Below, in pieces: positions 8,994 to 19,043 of a DNA stretch of 57,886 nt (positions are counted from its first letter, which is position 1; every line of letters starts with the position of its first letter). The position numbers and the translations under genes are program-made. Origin of the DNA: a virus (lineage: Duplodnaviria > Caudoviricetes); IMG/VR virus record IMGVR_UViG_3300045973_000815, positions 1 to 57,886 of that record. One strand, written 5' to 3'. The notes under the pieces are model-generated. The model ran no database searches, was not told where the DNA came from, and saw only the letters and a list, made by a program, of their open reading frames with translations.

Positions 8994-9838
8994 GCGCGAA
9001 GTGGCTGCGCATCGAGACGGACTTCGTCGACCACCCCAAGGTCCTGCGGCTGGCCAGCGTCCTTCGCGACGACGAGGCGGCAGCAGGCTGGTACGTGATG
9101 CGGGCGTGGTCGTGGGTGTCCCGTTTTTGTCCCACGGGACAAGTGCGGGACATTGATGGGACAGCGTTGGAGTCGGCGTGCAAGTGGCGCGGACCCGCCG
9201 GTGAACTCATCGCTGGCTTCCTCGAGTCCGGGTGGTTCGACGAGTGGGACAAAGAGGGACAAAAGATGGGACTCGAGGCGCACGACTGGTCAGAGCACCA
9301 GGGGCGCGTGGCTTCCAAAGCCGCGAAAGAACGAGACAGGAAGCGCGCGTACCGCGCAAAACGGGCTGCTGAGGATGCCGAGAATGTCCCACGGGACAAT
9401 GACGGGACAAGCGGTGGGACAGATGCGGGACGTCCGGCCCAACGTGACGTGACGGGACGTGACGTGACGGGACGTATAAAAGACATACCTGTCGAGCAAA
9501 GCTCGACGCCCTCCCGGCAGGTTGAACTCCTCGATGAGAAGCAACTCTCGCTCGAGGACAACCTCACCGACGGCGAGTTCCAGGTCTTCGAGCACTGGCG
9601 CGTCACCTGCGCCCACCCCAAGGCGAAGCCCACCCCTGAGCGCAAGCGGTTGATCGCCAAGCAACTGAAGCTCTACACCATCGCGGATCTCCAGCGCGCC
9701 ATCGATGGCTGCGCCCGCAGCGCCTGGCACATGGGCGCCAACGACAAGCACCGGAAGTTCGACGACATCGAGTTGATCCTCCGTGACGCCCGACACATCG
9801 AGAGCTTCATGGCTGGCACCATGGAGAATGCCGCTTGA
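8990..9838 (+). CDS. Phage replication initiator (replisome organiser)
   Basis: WLRIETDFVDHPKV N-terminus; C-terminal AIDGC...WHMGAND....DDIELILRD; internal iterons; directly upstream of the helicase. Confidence 0.85.
   Translation: MSAKWLRIETDFVDHPKVLRLASVLRDDEAAAGWYVMRAWSWVSRFCPTGQVRDIDGTALESACKWRGPAGELIAGFLESGWFDEWDKEGQKMGLEAHDWSEHQGRVASKAAKERDRKRAYRAKRAAEDAENVPRDNDGTSGGTDAGRPAQRDVTGRDVTGRIKDIPVEQSSTPSRQVELLDEKQLSLEDNLTDGEFQVFEHWRVTCAHPKAKPTPERKRLIAKQLKLYTIADLQRAIDGCARSAWHMGANDKHRKFDDIELILRDARHIESFMAGTMENAA
9127..9485. repeat. Probable replication origin iterons
   Basis: About a dozen GGGAC repeats, two TGTCCC-AC-GGGACA palindromes (9128, 9385), tandem ACGTGACGTGACGGG, then an A-rich stretch. 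Confidence 0.75.
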
Positions 9839-11187
9839 GCCTCGATCTTCAGGCCCTACGTGGGCTCATCGGTGCCGCTGAAGTCTCCGTCGAAGACGCC
9901 CGCGCCATCCTCGACGAGACGCAGGTGACGGTCGAGGACCTTGAGGGCGAGCAACTGCGCCCCCTCTGGGCCATCGTCGAGTCGCGCATTCGAAACCACC
10001 AGGGCATTGATCCGGTCGCCATCCGGCATGCGCTTCGTGCGCTGCCACCCAAAGCACTCGACTCATCGATGGAGGCCCTGCTGTCCCCCGAGTACGGAGT
10101 TGCCCGGGAGCGCCTGGCCCTTGTGCGCGACGGCGCCACCCGCCGACGGCTCATCGAGCAGCTGCGCGCCATCGCTGGCGCCGCGAAGTCTGGAAAGCCC
10201 CTGGCCGAGGTCGAGGCGATGCTTCGGCAGGCCCCCGACGCACTGCAGGGAATCCAGACACGTGTCAGGAACTGCCAGGGTGATCCTGTGGCGATGATGG
10301 ACCACCTGGAGGCCCGTTGGAGGGGGGATGGCCCCAAATCGCTCACCACGGGGCTGGGGGAGCTCGACGACGTGCTTGGCGGGCTCATCAACAACCTGAT
10401 CGTGATTGGTGCGCGCCCCGGGGTGGGCAAGTCGGCGATGGTGGCAGGCCTCGTCAACCAGTGGGTGCAGGCAGGCCAGAAGGTGGGCGTCCTCTGCTAC
10501 GAGGACGACGCGCGCGACATGCAGGCGCGCCTCGTGGCGTGCAAGGCGGGCGTCTCGGTGAAGCACTCCCGGGGTGACTTGCTGCCCAACGAGGAACAGC
10601 GCACCGCCATCAGCGACGCCTTCGCGTGGTGGCACAGGTTGGCCGGACAGGTCGAGGTCGACGACGCGCGCCCCGCCGGCAGCGTGACCGACGTGCTGGC
10701 GTCCATGCGCGCGATGGTGAAGCGCGGGTGTCGGGTCATCCTCCTCGACAACATGACGTGCGTCTCGCTGGCGCAAAGCCCGGAGCCAGAGCACCACCTC
10801 CGCATCGAGGCGGCGCTGCGGGACATCCGCAGCGAGGCCCAGCACCTGCGCGTGCCCGCAATCGTCATTGGGCACCTACGACGCGGCCAGGGGGACAGCG
10901 ACACGACGGCGCCGCGTCTCTCCGACTTCGCCGCTGCATCAGCGTGGGAGAACTACGCCCGCGTGGCGTTGGGCATGTGGCGCACCGCGTCGGGCGAAGT
11001 GCGGCTGCGCGTCCTCAAGCAGACCAACGGACCCAGCGGCCAGGACTTCGAGGTCGACATGGCGCAGGAGGCGGCAGTCGTCACGGGTACGCGCCTGATG
11101 ACGTCGGCACCGCCACCGGCGCGGGCATCAGGCACGAGGGCGTATAAGCGACGTTCAACCGCAGAGGAGGAAACACCCCATGAATGA
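9835..11187 (+). CDS. dnaB: DnaB-like replicative helicase
   Basis: TGLGELD, GARPGVGKS Walker A, ILLDN, PRLSD, LKQTNGP. Confidence 0.92.
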   Translation: MSLDLQALRGLIGAAEVSVEDARAILDETQVTVEDLEGEQLRPLWAIVESRIRNHQGIDPVAIRHALRALPPKALDSSMEALLSPEYGVARERLALVRDGATRRRLIEQLRAIAGAAKSGKPLAEVEAMLRQAPDALQGIQTRVRNCQGDPVAMMDHLEARWRGDGPKSLTTGLGELDDVLGGLINNLIVIGARPGVGKSAMVAGLVNQWVQAGQKVGVLCYEDDARDMQARLVACKAGVSVKHSRGDLLPNEEQRTAISDAFAWWHRLAGQVEVDDARPAGSVTDVLASMRAMVKRGCRVILLDNMTCVSLAQSPEPEHHLRIEAALRDIRSEAQHLRVPAIVIGHLRRGQGDSDTTAPRLSDFAAASAWENYARVALGMWRTASGEVRLRVLKQTNGPSGQDFEVDMAQEAAVVTGTRLMTSAPPPARASGTRAYKRRSTAEEETPHE

Positions 11188-11404
11188 TGACGACTACCGC
11201 AGGAATGCAGCAGCAGCCGCAGCGATGGCCCTCGATCAGCGCGACCACCTGCGCCTGGCCAACGTCGAGCTCCCGGGGCGCGGCTGGGCTGTCGTGCTCG
11301 TCATTGACGGGTACTACGGCGAAGAGGTTGACGCGCAGCATGTGTTGGAGGGCTTCGTCAAGGAGACGGGCATTCCTAAGCCGTCACCGTTGCGGAAGCG
11401 CTGA
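11180..11404 (+). CDS. Hypothetical protein
   Basis: GAGGAGG RBS. Confidence 0.6.
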   Translation: MNDDDYRRNAAAAAAMALDQRDHLRLANVELPGRGWAVVLVIDGYYGEEVDAQHVLEGFVKETGIPKPSPLRKR

Positions 11405-11413
11405 AGGTCGGGA

Positions 11414-11429
11414 GTGCAAACGCTTGTAC
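11414..11429. promoter_or_regulatory. 16-bp palindromic site (intergenic)
   Basis: GTGCAAACGCTTGTAC. Confidence 0.7.
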
Positions 11430-11468
11430 CGAGCGCGGCGGCTTCCGCGCATCACCAGGAGACGCGCT

Positions 11469-11663
11469 GTGAATGAGCTGACGAAGTGGGCACCTGAGGG
11501 CCGCGAGGCACTGCGGAAGGCACTGCAGGAAGCGAAGGACAAGGCCGCACGCGAAAGCACTGACGTGCGGTGTGCGCTGTGCGGCATGGCCGAGGCCGAT
11601 GTAAAGATGGAATGGGCGACGTTCGGCGCGCACAAGTGCGTGCGCCTGGGGGGTTCACGGTGA
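11469..11663 (+). CDS. Small Zn-finger-like protein
   Basis: AGGAG RBS with GTG; CALC...HKC. Confidence 0.55.
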   Translation: MNELTKWAPEGREALRKALQEAKDKAARESTDVRCALCGMAEADVKMEWATFGAHKCVRLGGSR

Positions 11664-12049
11664 ACGCCTTCTTGCAGAACGTCGACCGCCTGCGGCTCCT
11701 CGAGCATGAAGAGAACCTCGCGGCAAGGGCGGCTGCGGAGCCGCGCGCGTGGGCGGGACGCGGGACTCGTCGCGGGCGTTGCGAGTGTGGCAATCCGATG
11801 CAGCGAGGCCTGGGACAGTGCGCCAGCTGCGCCGCAATGCAGAAGACAACGGCGCGCCTCGCGAGTGGGCGAATCTCGTCGGCCACAGTGCTGGCGTGGG
11901 TGGTGTCGCGTGGCGGCAGGACGTGCAACGCGGACGTCGCCGAGCGTTTTGGGTTGGGGCTCAACGCCGCCAGTCAGGTGCTGAGCCGCATGGTCGAGGG
12001 TGGGAAGATGCGTCGTGTCTCCATTGGCGTCTACGAGGTCGAGTCATGA
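11660..12049 (+). CDS. Zn-finger plus winged-helix DNA-binding protein
   Basis: CECG...CASC, then ADVAERFGLGLNAASQVLSRMVEGGKMRRVSIGVY. Confidence 0.7.
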   Translation: MNAFLQNVDRLRLLEHEENLAARAAAEPRAWAGRGTRRGRCECGNPMQRGLGQCASCAAMQKTTARLASGRISSATVLAWVVSRGGRTCNADVAERFGLGLNAASQVLSRMVEGGKMRRVSIGVYEVES

Positions 12050-12345
12050 AGCGCTGGACGAAGTTCGAGGACGTGGTGCGGGCAGCGCAGGCGGCGACGC
12101 AGCGCGCCAGTATCCAGATGCCGCTGGTGGGTGCGCACGAGTTGCTCCAGGCCTTCTTCGATGACGTGCGCGCGCGCGTCATGGCGGGCGAGACGGTCAA
12201 CGTGCCTGGCTTCGGGTTGTTTCGCCCGGCATCACGCAAGGCGCGTCGGGTGAAGAACCCCCAGTCTGGAGAGTACATGCAGCTTCCCGCCATCCACACG
12301 ATGCGCCTGCAGCCCGCGAAGAAGGCGAAGGTGACCCGTGAGTGA
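12046..12345 (+). CDS. HU/IHF-family DNA-binding protein
   Basis: GETVNVPGFGLF...RKARRVKNPQSGE. Confidence 0.9.
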   Translation: MKRWTKFEDVVRAAQAATQRASIQMPLVGAHELLQAFFDDVRARVMAGETVNVPGFGLFRPASRKARRVKNPQSGEYMQLPAIHTMRLQPAKKAKVTRE

Positions 12346-12634
12346 CCCCGCGTACGTCCCTGTTATCGAAGAGTTGCTCAGGCGAATGGCTGCGATGGAG
12401 GAGCAGGCGCGCCGCGCGGGAGAGCATGAGTTCGAGAGAGATCGGGTCGCTGAAGTGCAGCGCGCCGAGAACCTCGCCCGCCACTCTCGCGAGCGTGAAG
12501 AGGGCTACGTGCTGGGCGTCGCGTCGAACATCATCGGCGGGCTGCTGGCGAAGGGCATCGACGCGTCGATGGACCAGGCCGCCGAGCTCGCCGTCATCCT
12601 CGCGCGGAAGCTCATCGCCAAGGTGCGCGAATGA
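12338..12634 (+). CDS. Hypothetical protein
   Basis: Coupled ORF in the operon. Confidence 0.6.
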   Translation: MSDPAYVPVIEELLRRMAAMEEQARRAGEHEFERDRVAEVQRAENLARHSREREEGYVLGVASNIIGGLLAKGIDASMDQAAELAVILARKLIAKVRE

Positions 12635-12828
12635 GCCACGCCTGTTGTGGTCGTGAGAAGAAGCACACCTGCACGTCGTGCGGCAGGACGCTGTGCGCCT
12701 GGCACTCGGCTGGCTCGCCTGTGTCCGTTGACGGAGAGATTCACTTCGTCACGGTCTGCCTGCCCATCTGCACGTCGCCCTGGTGGCAGATGCTCGAGTC
12801 CGAGCGCGCGAAGCGGGAGGCCGCATGA
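12631..12828 (+). CDS. Small Cys/His-rich protein
   Basis: CTSC...CAWH...CLPIC. Confidence 0.6.
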   Translation: MSHACCGREKKHTCTSCGRTLCAWHSAGSPVSVDGEIHFVTVCLPICTSPWWQMLESERAKREAA

Positions 12829-13343
12829 CGCGCGATGATGTCCAGCGCCTGTTGCGGAACCAGCGGTCAGCCGTCGAGCGTGGCCAACTCGCCGACGCCA
12901 TCGCCATCTCGCGAGAGCTTGAGCGCCGACCTGAAGACTCGGTGGTGCTGTGGACCCCACTGCCCCCGTCGTGGAACCGGGTCTTCAAGGCGCGTGCGAT
13001 GCCCCTCGGCGGCGGACGCTTCACCGCGCAGGTCTACAAGTCGAAGGACGCCAAAGAGTACGCCGCAGCCGTCGCGCTCGAGTGCCAGCGCCAGCGCGCC
13101 CCGAAGTTCCCGAAGGAAGTCATGCTGCGCTTCCACTCGGTGACAGTCGCGATGGAGCGCGCGGGCTGCGACCTGGACGACCGGTTGAAGGTGTACTTCG
13201 ACGCGCTCAACGGCGTGCTGTTCGACGACGACGAGCAGGTGGCCGAGTACGGTGACGTGCGGCGCATCGTCGACGGCAAGCGGCCAGGCATTCAGGCGAC
13301 GTTCACCCCCATCGCGGTTGACCGCTATGGAGCCCCAACATGA
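12825..13343 (+). CDS. rusA: RusA-like Holliday junction resolvase
   Basis: LPPSWN...DLDDRLKVYFDALNGVLFDDDEQV. Confidence 0.85.
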   Translation: MTRDDVQRLLRNQRSAVERGQLADAIAISRELERRPEDSVVLWTPLPPSWNRVFKARAMPLGGGRFTAQVYKSKDAKEYAAAVALECQRQRAPKFPKEVMLRFHSVTVAMERAGCDLDDRLKVYFDALNGVLFDDDEQVAEYGDVRRIVDGKRPGIQATFTPIAVDRYGAPT

Positions 13344-14856
13344 GTGGTGTCTTCATTCTGGCGGTGGCCTTCGCGTCGTTCTCCGCGCTTGGGGCGTTCT
13401 TCCTGATGCTGGACGCGTCTGCGGAGCGCGACCTGCGGCGCGAGTTGACCAACCAGAAGATGCTCGAGCGCGCATGGCGGCGGGCCAAGGAGAAGGGGGA
13501 GCGATGATTGGATGGGCGCAGTCAGCGGTGCAGAGGGGGACACGCCCTGCGCTTCAACACTGGTTCGACGGCGCCGACGAGGTGTCGGCCTGCGGAGACT
13601 CGACGCGCCTGGTGTGCTTCGGGAATGAGGTGGGGCCGGCGCCAAAGGATGTTTGCGCCGCCTGTCTCCAAATCTGGATTGCGTGGCGCGGCATTGCGCC
13701 AGTCACCGAGAGGCAGAAGTGAGCGAGACGAAAGCGGCGTGCGTGGTGTGTGGCACGCCCGAGTTGATTCAGCAGTTGTGCAAGCGGCACTTCGGCGAGT
13801 GGTTCATCTCGCCCGAGGGCCTGCGGTACCGAGACGCGAAGTTCCGAGAAAACGACAGCGAAGCGCAGCTCCAGTACTTCAACACGATGATGGCCGACTT
13901 CGTTCGGCGGACGATGGGAGAGGGACGATGAAGACGACAGGACACGGGGCAGTGTGCATCCACTGCGGCGGGTGGAACTGCGCGCGGTGCACGCCACCTC
14001 ACGCAGAGCATGTTTCGCAGGCCCTTGGAGAGACGGCGCTGACGGCGGATGAACTCGAACTTCACCGCATGCGCCGAGAGCGCAACGAGGCACAGGCCGC
14101 AGCCGCGCAGATGGAGCGCGACCTGGAGAAGTCCGACATGGCCTACCTGCAGGCCATGCAGTGGTACGAGAACGCGCGCAAGACTGGGGCTGCTGCCTGG
14201 GAGCGCGTGAAGAAGTACGACGAGGAGAACACGCGCCTCAGGGCGCTTCCGACGTGCGGCTACTGCAGGACCATTCGGCAGGCGGAACTTAAGTCCACTC
14301 CGGTTGCGCACACCCAGAGCCCCTACGTCGCCTCAGACTGCCACGGCGGATGGCACACCTTCGCGGCTGGTGAGAGTCGGTGCAAATGCAGCAGGCCAGC
14401 AGATGGTGGCGTTCCACGCGGTCCAGAGTTGAACGTGCAGGTGACGCCAGCGGAGATGCTGCGCAAGTGCAGATTCTGCAAGGCAGAGCATCCCGAGTCG
14501 ACAATGGTTGGCGCCGGGGACATTTGGCAATGCGGCGACCTCTCCGGGTGTGAGAGGTTCCGCCGATGAGCGGTCCAACGCCAATGCCAGGGCTCCTCTT
14601 GGGGCTGTTGCTGCTCATGCTGGCCGTGTGGATCATCTCGCCACGCCTCCCGAAGCAGAGCGGCGGTGGCTACAAGGCGCCGAGCACACCATGGCCGCCC
14701 ATCCCACCTCCGTCGATCAGGTATGCCCCGACCTGTAGATGCGCGATAGAGCCGTACGGCGTAAGCGACTGGAGCACCGTCTCTCGGCTGTGCCCGAAGC
14801 ACGGATATGGCGCGACTCTGCGCATGCCGCGTCCGTCAGCGGGGGTGGAACGATGA
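13340..14856 (+). other. Run of five coupled hypothetical CDS (13340-13507, 13504-13722, 13719-13931, 13928-14569, 14566-14856)
   Basis: Consecutive ATGA/GTGA overlaps; CxxC motifs; two have an N-terminal hydrophobic segment. Confidence 0.6.
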
Positions 14857-15446
14857 AGCGCAACCTTGCCGCGCTCGTCACGTCGAAGTCTGGGACATGG
14901 GGAACGCCAGTCGACTTCTTCAGTTGGATTGACCGCCAATTCGCCATCACAGTTGACGTCTGCGCGCTGCCGTCGAACACGAAACACCCGCGCTTCTTCT
15001 CGCCGGCAGATAACGGGCTCTCCCAGTCATGGGCCGGTGAGTCTGCCTGGATGAACCCAAGCTACGGTCGCGGCATCGGGCAGTGGATCGACAAGGCGCG
15101 CGACGAGGCGATGCTGGAGCGCGCACTGGTGGTACAGCTGCTGCCCGCACGCGTCGACACCGACTGGTGGCGGCGCTACGTCATGTCGAGCGACGGTGCC
15201 GCAGGGAAGTTGATGCGCTCTGAGTACGACACCGCCAGCGGCATGCACTGGCTCCGCTGGGCGGGCCTCATCACGGGGGTGTACTTTCACACGGAGAGGC
15301 TCTGCTTCGAGGGCATGGCCGACGACAGCGGGGACTCAGCCCCCTTCCCCTCCGCCGTCGTGGTGCATGCTCACCCGAGCAGGCGCCCACCCAGGCCGAC
15401 ACTGGAGCCGGGCGAGGTCTGCCTGACCGCGCGCTGGCCGAGGTGA
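14853..15446 (+). CDS. Phage Dam-type N6-adenine DNA methyltransferase
   Basis: WGTP, DVCA, NGLSQSW, WMNPSY, LLPARVDTDWW, APFPSAVVV. Confidence 0.88.
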   Translation: MKRNLAALVTSKSGTWGTPVDFFSWIDRQFAITVDVCALPSNTKHPRFFSPADNGLSQSWAGESAWMNPSYGRGIGQWIDKARDEAMLERALVVQLLPARVDTDWWRRYVMSSDGAAGKLMRSEYDTASGMHWLRWAGLITGVYFHTERLCFEGMADDSGDSAPFPSAVVVHAHPSRRPPRPTLEPGEVCLTARWPR

Positions 15447-15459
15447 GGCTGGGCTGGTA

Positions 15460-15475
15460 GTGCACGCGTTTGCAC
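15460..15475. promoter_or_regulatory. 16-bp palindromic site (intergenic, beside an AT-rich promoter-like stretch)
   Basis: GTGCACGCGTTTGCAC. Confidence 0.75.
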
Positions 15476-15533
15476 TTCGCGCTTGCGCCATCACTTAGAA
15501 TCCAATTATACCGGTTGCGCAGGTCATTGAGGC

Positions 15534-15857
15534 TTGCGCAACCGGGAGATTCGAGTGGAGAAGCCGACTGCAGGACCGTGGAAAGTTGAAGCACGACGCG
15601 GCGACCGCGTCACCATCATCAGCGCTGGCGTCAACGCGCAGGGTGACGGCCCCGAATGCGACGTCATCAACGCACCCTTCGGCATGAGCGAGGTGAACGC
15701 TGCCCTCATCTGCGCCGCGCCGAACATGCTCGAGGTGCTGCAGACGACGGCGGGCAACATCCGCAGCATGCGCGCCGCCAACCCGTCCACGACGTTCGAC
15801 GCCTGGCTGGCCGTCGTCGAGGACGCCATCACCCGCGCGACCTCGGAGGCACCGTGA
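15534..15857 (+). CDS. TxGPW...AAP family small phage protein (start uncertain)
   Basis: PTAGPWKV...NAALICAAPNMLEVL. Confidence 0.7.
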   Translation: MRNREIRVEKPTAGPWKVEARRGDRVTIISAGVNAQGDGPECDVINAPFGMSEVNAALICAAPNMLEVLQTTAGNIRSMRAANPSTTFDAWLAVVEDAITRATSEAP

Positions 15858-15932
15858 GCGGGCATACGCCGGGACCGCTTCGCGACACCGCGAAAATGTC
15901 GGCAGACCTGACGCCGGCGCGACCTGCCGCCG

Positions 15933-18304
15933 GTGGCCTGCCGAGAGTGCAGCGATGTCCGGAGGCAAGCCGTGAGCGCGCGCATCCATCGTCAGCCCGA
16001 GCCTGGGAGGCAGGCCTGTCAGAGCAGCCTCAGCAAGCTGAGCCATGTGGTCGGCGAGTGCTGGTGCGGGATACTGCACGCGAAGGTGACCTGCGCACCC
16101 TGTGCTCGCGCGCTGGCTACGCAGTTCCGCATCGCGCGCATCGAGGAACTGGAGCATCGGGTTGCCGTAGCTATCGCCCAGCGCAACGAGTTGCTGAAGG
16201 CGCTGGAGCGCGCCCTCAAGCGCTGCACCAACTGCGACACGTGCGGCCCGGCGCTCTGCTCCGCATGCGAGGTCGATGCGGCTGTCCTCGCCAGGGCGAA
16301 GGGCGGCGCCAAGTGAGCGACGCCAGCGCGACACGGAAGAAGCTGAAGAAGGAGTTGAAGAAGCTCCAGGCGAAGTCCCTCTCCCTGAGCTTCGCGCGAT
16401 CCTCTCTGCCTGCCGGTGCCTCGCGAGCGCGCGTCACCAGCGCCAACGCGAAGTGGGCTCGAGTGGCTGAGGCGCGCGACCGGGTCCAGAAGCAGCTCGA
16501 CGAGATGCCCCTGAAGACTTCGACGCCATGGATTGAGGAGGTGATGTTCGTCGACTGCGCCGAGTGCGGCGAGTCGATTGAACTCGGTACGGGCGTCAGC
16601 ATCAGCGAGGGCTACGAGGAAACGTGCACCGAGTGCGGTGCTGACTTCTGGGTGGAAACTCAGTCGTACCGGCCATGATGGAGGCCGTCGTTCGCGCGAA
16701 CCTCGGCGAGTACTCCACACAGAGGGCGGCATGAAGTTTGACCCCGATGACCTCCCTGCTGGTTACGGCGATGCGTGGGAAGTCCTGCGCGAGTATGGCG
16801 ACGCGACCAAGCGGAAGAACGCCGCTCGCATGCGCGATGGATACAAGCACTGGAGCCAGTCACCGGCGTGGCGCGCAAAGAAGGCTGCAGCGGTGCGGCG
16901 ATGGAGGGCGAGGCAGCCGCCCCGGCCATTCACGGTGAAGGTGAAGCTCACCATCGTCGCCAAGTCGGTGACCCATGCCCGGGCCTTCGCCAAGGCGCTG
17001 GCCAGGTTGCAGCTTCAGGCGGAGGCTACGCCGTGATTACCACCTGCCCGAAGTGCAACACGTTCGACGGACGAATCGAGCGCACCTCCTTCAGCACCAG
17101 GCGTCGGCTGAAGCCCATTCTCTGCACCATGCACACGTCGCCCATCGCGAGTTGCGACGTCTGCGGAGTCACCTGCGCCATGGTCATCAGGCACGCATTC
17201 ATCGGCCGTCCGCAGCAGAGCTGGGAGCCCATCGCTTTCGGCGACTGGGAGTTCCTCGCGACTGGCGGGAAGCTTCCTCCAGGGTGGAATGGGCACATGG
17301 CCGACCAGAGGGTGCACGTCTGCGGCGACTGCGCGAAGGCCGTGCGCGAGGCGCAACAGGTGGCGATGGACAGGGTAGTCGAGGCCAGGGGCGGACTGCG
17401 CTCCTCCGTGGTTGATGGGCAAACGCCATGAGCCGCACCGGCACTCGGTACCCCGACGGGCGCAGCGTGTACGCATGCGACACGTGCGGACTTCAACACC
17501 CGTGGTCGGAAGACGCGCTCTGGTTCGGTTCGCTCCAGGACGCTGATGACGGGACGTTCAAGTCGTTCTGCTCGCGCTCGTGCGCAGAGATGTTCGCATC
17601 GCAATTCCAGCGGACGGTTCCATCGGTGCCGATGACGGTGAAGCGGTGACGACCCACGTCACCGAGTTCGGCCTCGGGCTATGCGCGGGCGTGACGAACA
17701 GGCCGGGTCTTCCGTTCGGTCGCATGGTGCTCGAGGCGCAAGGTCTGCGGCCGGACCGGATCGCCTGCAACGGCGCGCGATGGGAAGACCCGGAGCCGGA
17801 AGGTCAACAGGTGATTCCGTCCGTCCAGTGCCGGAGCCGCGTCCCCACCTGCCCGCGCTGCGCCGTGCTGCGCGACGCGGCGCTTGAGGGGCGGCTACCT
17901 CAGCGGTCGGTGTCCGTCGACCCAGCGAAGCCAGGTGCAGATCGCACCGTCGCACTGCTGGTGACGCCGTGAGTAGGCGGCGCTGGCGCGCGTTCGTGCG
18001 CGTGGCTCAGCACGTCGAAGGCCAGGAGTCGCGGGTCCTCCGAATCCGACACGCAGACTTCGGCAGCGACCTGAAGGTGGAGCGGAGTTGCTTCTATGTG
18101 CCGGGGAAGTGGCGGTCGCTCATCGTCGTCGACCGCCACAAGTGGCTCACCATCGCCGCAATGCCGCCCCTATGGCTCACCACGAAGCAGGCTGAGGCGG
18201 TGCTCGTGGCGCTCGATCAGTGGCTGGAGCGGGGATCGCCGGTGATGACGCGCCTGCCGCTGGTGCTCGAGGGCGAGAACGAAGTCCCCGTCTTCGGATT
18301 CTGA
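15933..18304 (+). other. Run of small hypothetical CDS (about 15933-16316, 16313-16678, 16731-17036, 17033-17431, 17428-17649, 17646-17972, 17969-18304)
   Basis: Mostly overlapping start/stop codons; most carry CxxC pairs. Confidence 0.6.
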
Positions 18305-18449
18305 AAAAGGTGCGGGGCACATCCAAGGCGCTCACCCCGGCCCCGCCCGGGGGTGCAAAGCTCGCTCTACACCGGAGAACGGAGTGGAGCAGGCCGCGCC
18401 GAAAACACGTCTACCGGCTGCGTCTGCGTCGCGCCAGTTTCACGGCGAA

Positions 18450-18944
18450 TCAGTACATGCGGACGAAGTGCTTCCAGTCGTCGACCGTCGGCTCTCCGTC
18501 GCAGGCCTGGCGCATCGTCTCGATGGTGCCCGCCTGCTCCGCGCTGGCGAGTCCCGTCAACTCGGAGTCACCCTCGACGGCCTGCTCCTCGTCGGCAGCG
18601 CGGCACAGGCGCACGGCGGACTCGATGCGGGCGTGGCGCGAGGCCTTGGTGTCAGTCAGCGTCGCCTCATCGACCTGTGCGCCCAGCCACTCGGCAACAG
18701 CGATCTCGAGCGCGGCGTAGGCATCGTCAGTCTCGCTACCGTCAACAGCCCCCAGACGCGCGGCGGCGTCCTCGATGCGAGCCCAGCTCGCGGATTCACC
18801 CGTGGCCAGAGTCTCGGTGCCGTAGCGGATGCGCCCAGAGCCGGCCACAGCGCCCGCCTGGTGCAGCATCACCTTGCCCCCGTCAATGCTGAACTCTGCT
18901 GAGACCTTCGCTCCGCTCTTCGTCCGCACAGTCACAGTCGTCAT
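18450..18944 (-). CDS. Hypothetical protein
   Basis: AAAGGAG RBS. Confidence 0.7.
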   Translation of the reverse strand: MTTVTVRTKSGAKVSAEFSIDGGKVMLHQAGAVAGSGRIRYGTETLATGESASWARIEDAAARLGAVDGSETDDAYAALEIAVAEWLGAQVDEATLTDTKASRHARIESAVRLCRAADEEQAVEGDSELTGLASAEQAGTIETMRQACDGEPTVDDWKHFVRMY

Positions 18945-19043
18945 GGTGTCGCTCCTTTGGTGCCGGTTTGCAGCCGGTTCTGGTTGGTTAGACGTTGTCG
19001 CGTGTACTGCCAGTTGTCCAGAGTTTCAGGCGCTACTATGACC

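Noticed and set aside
9380-9480. CRISPR-like or mini-array
   Set aside because: The repeats are 5-15 nt, inside a coding gene and without unique spacers; they fit iterons. No CRISPR array was seen in the window.
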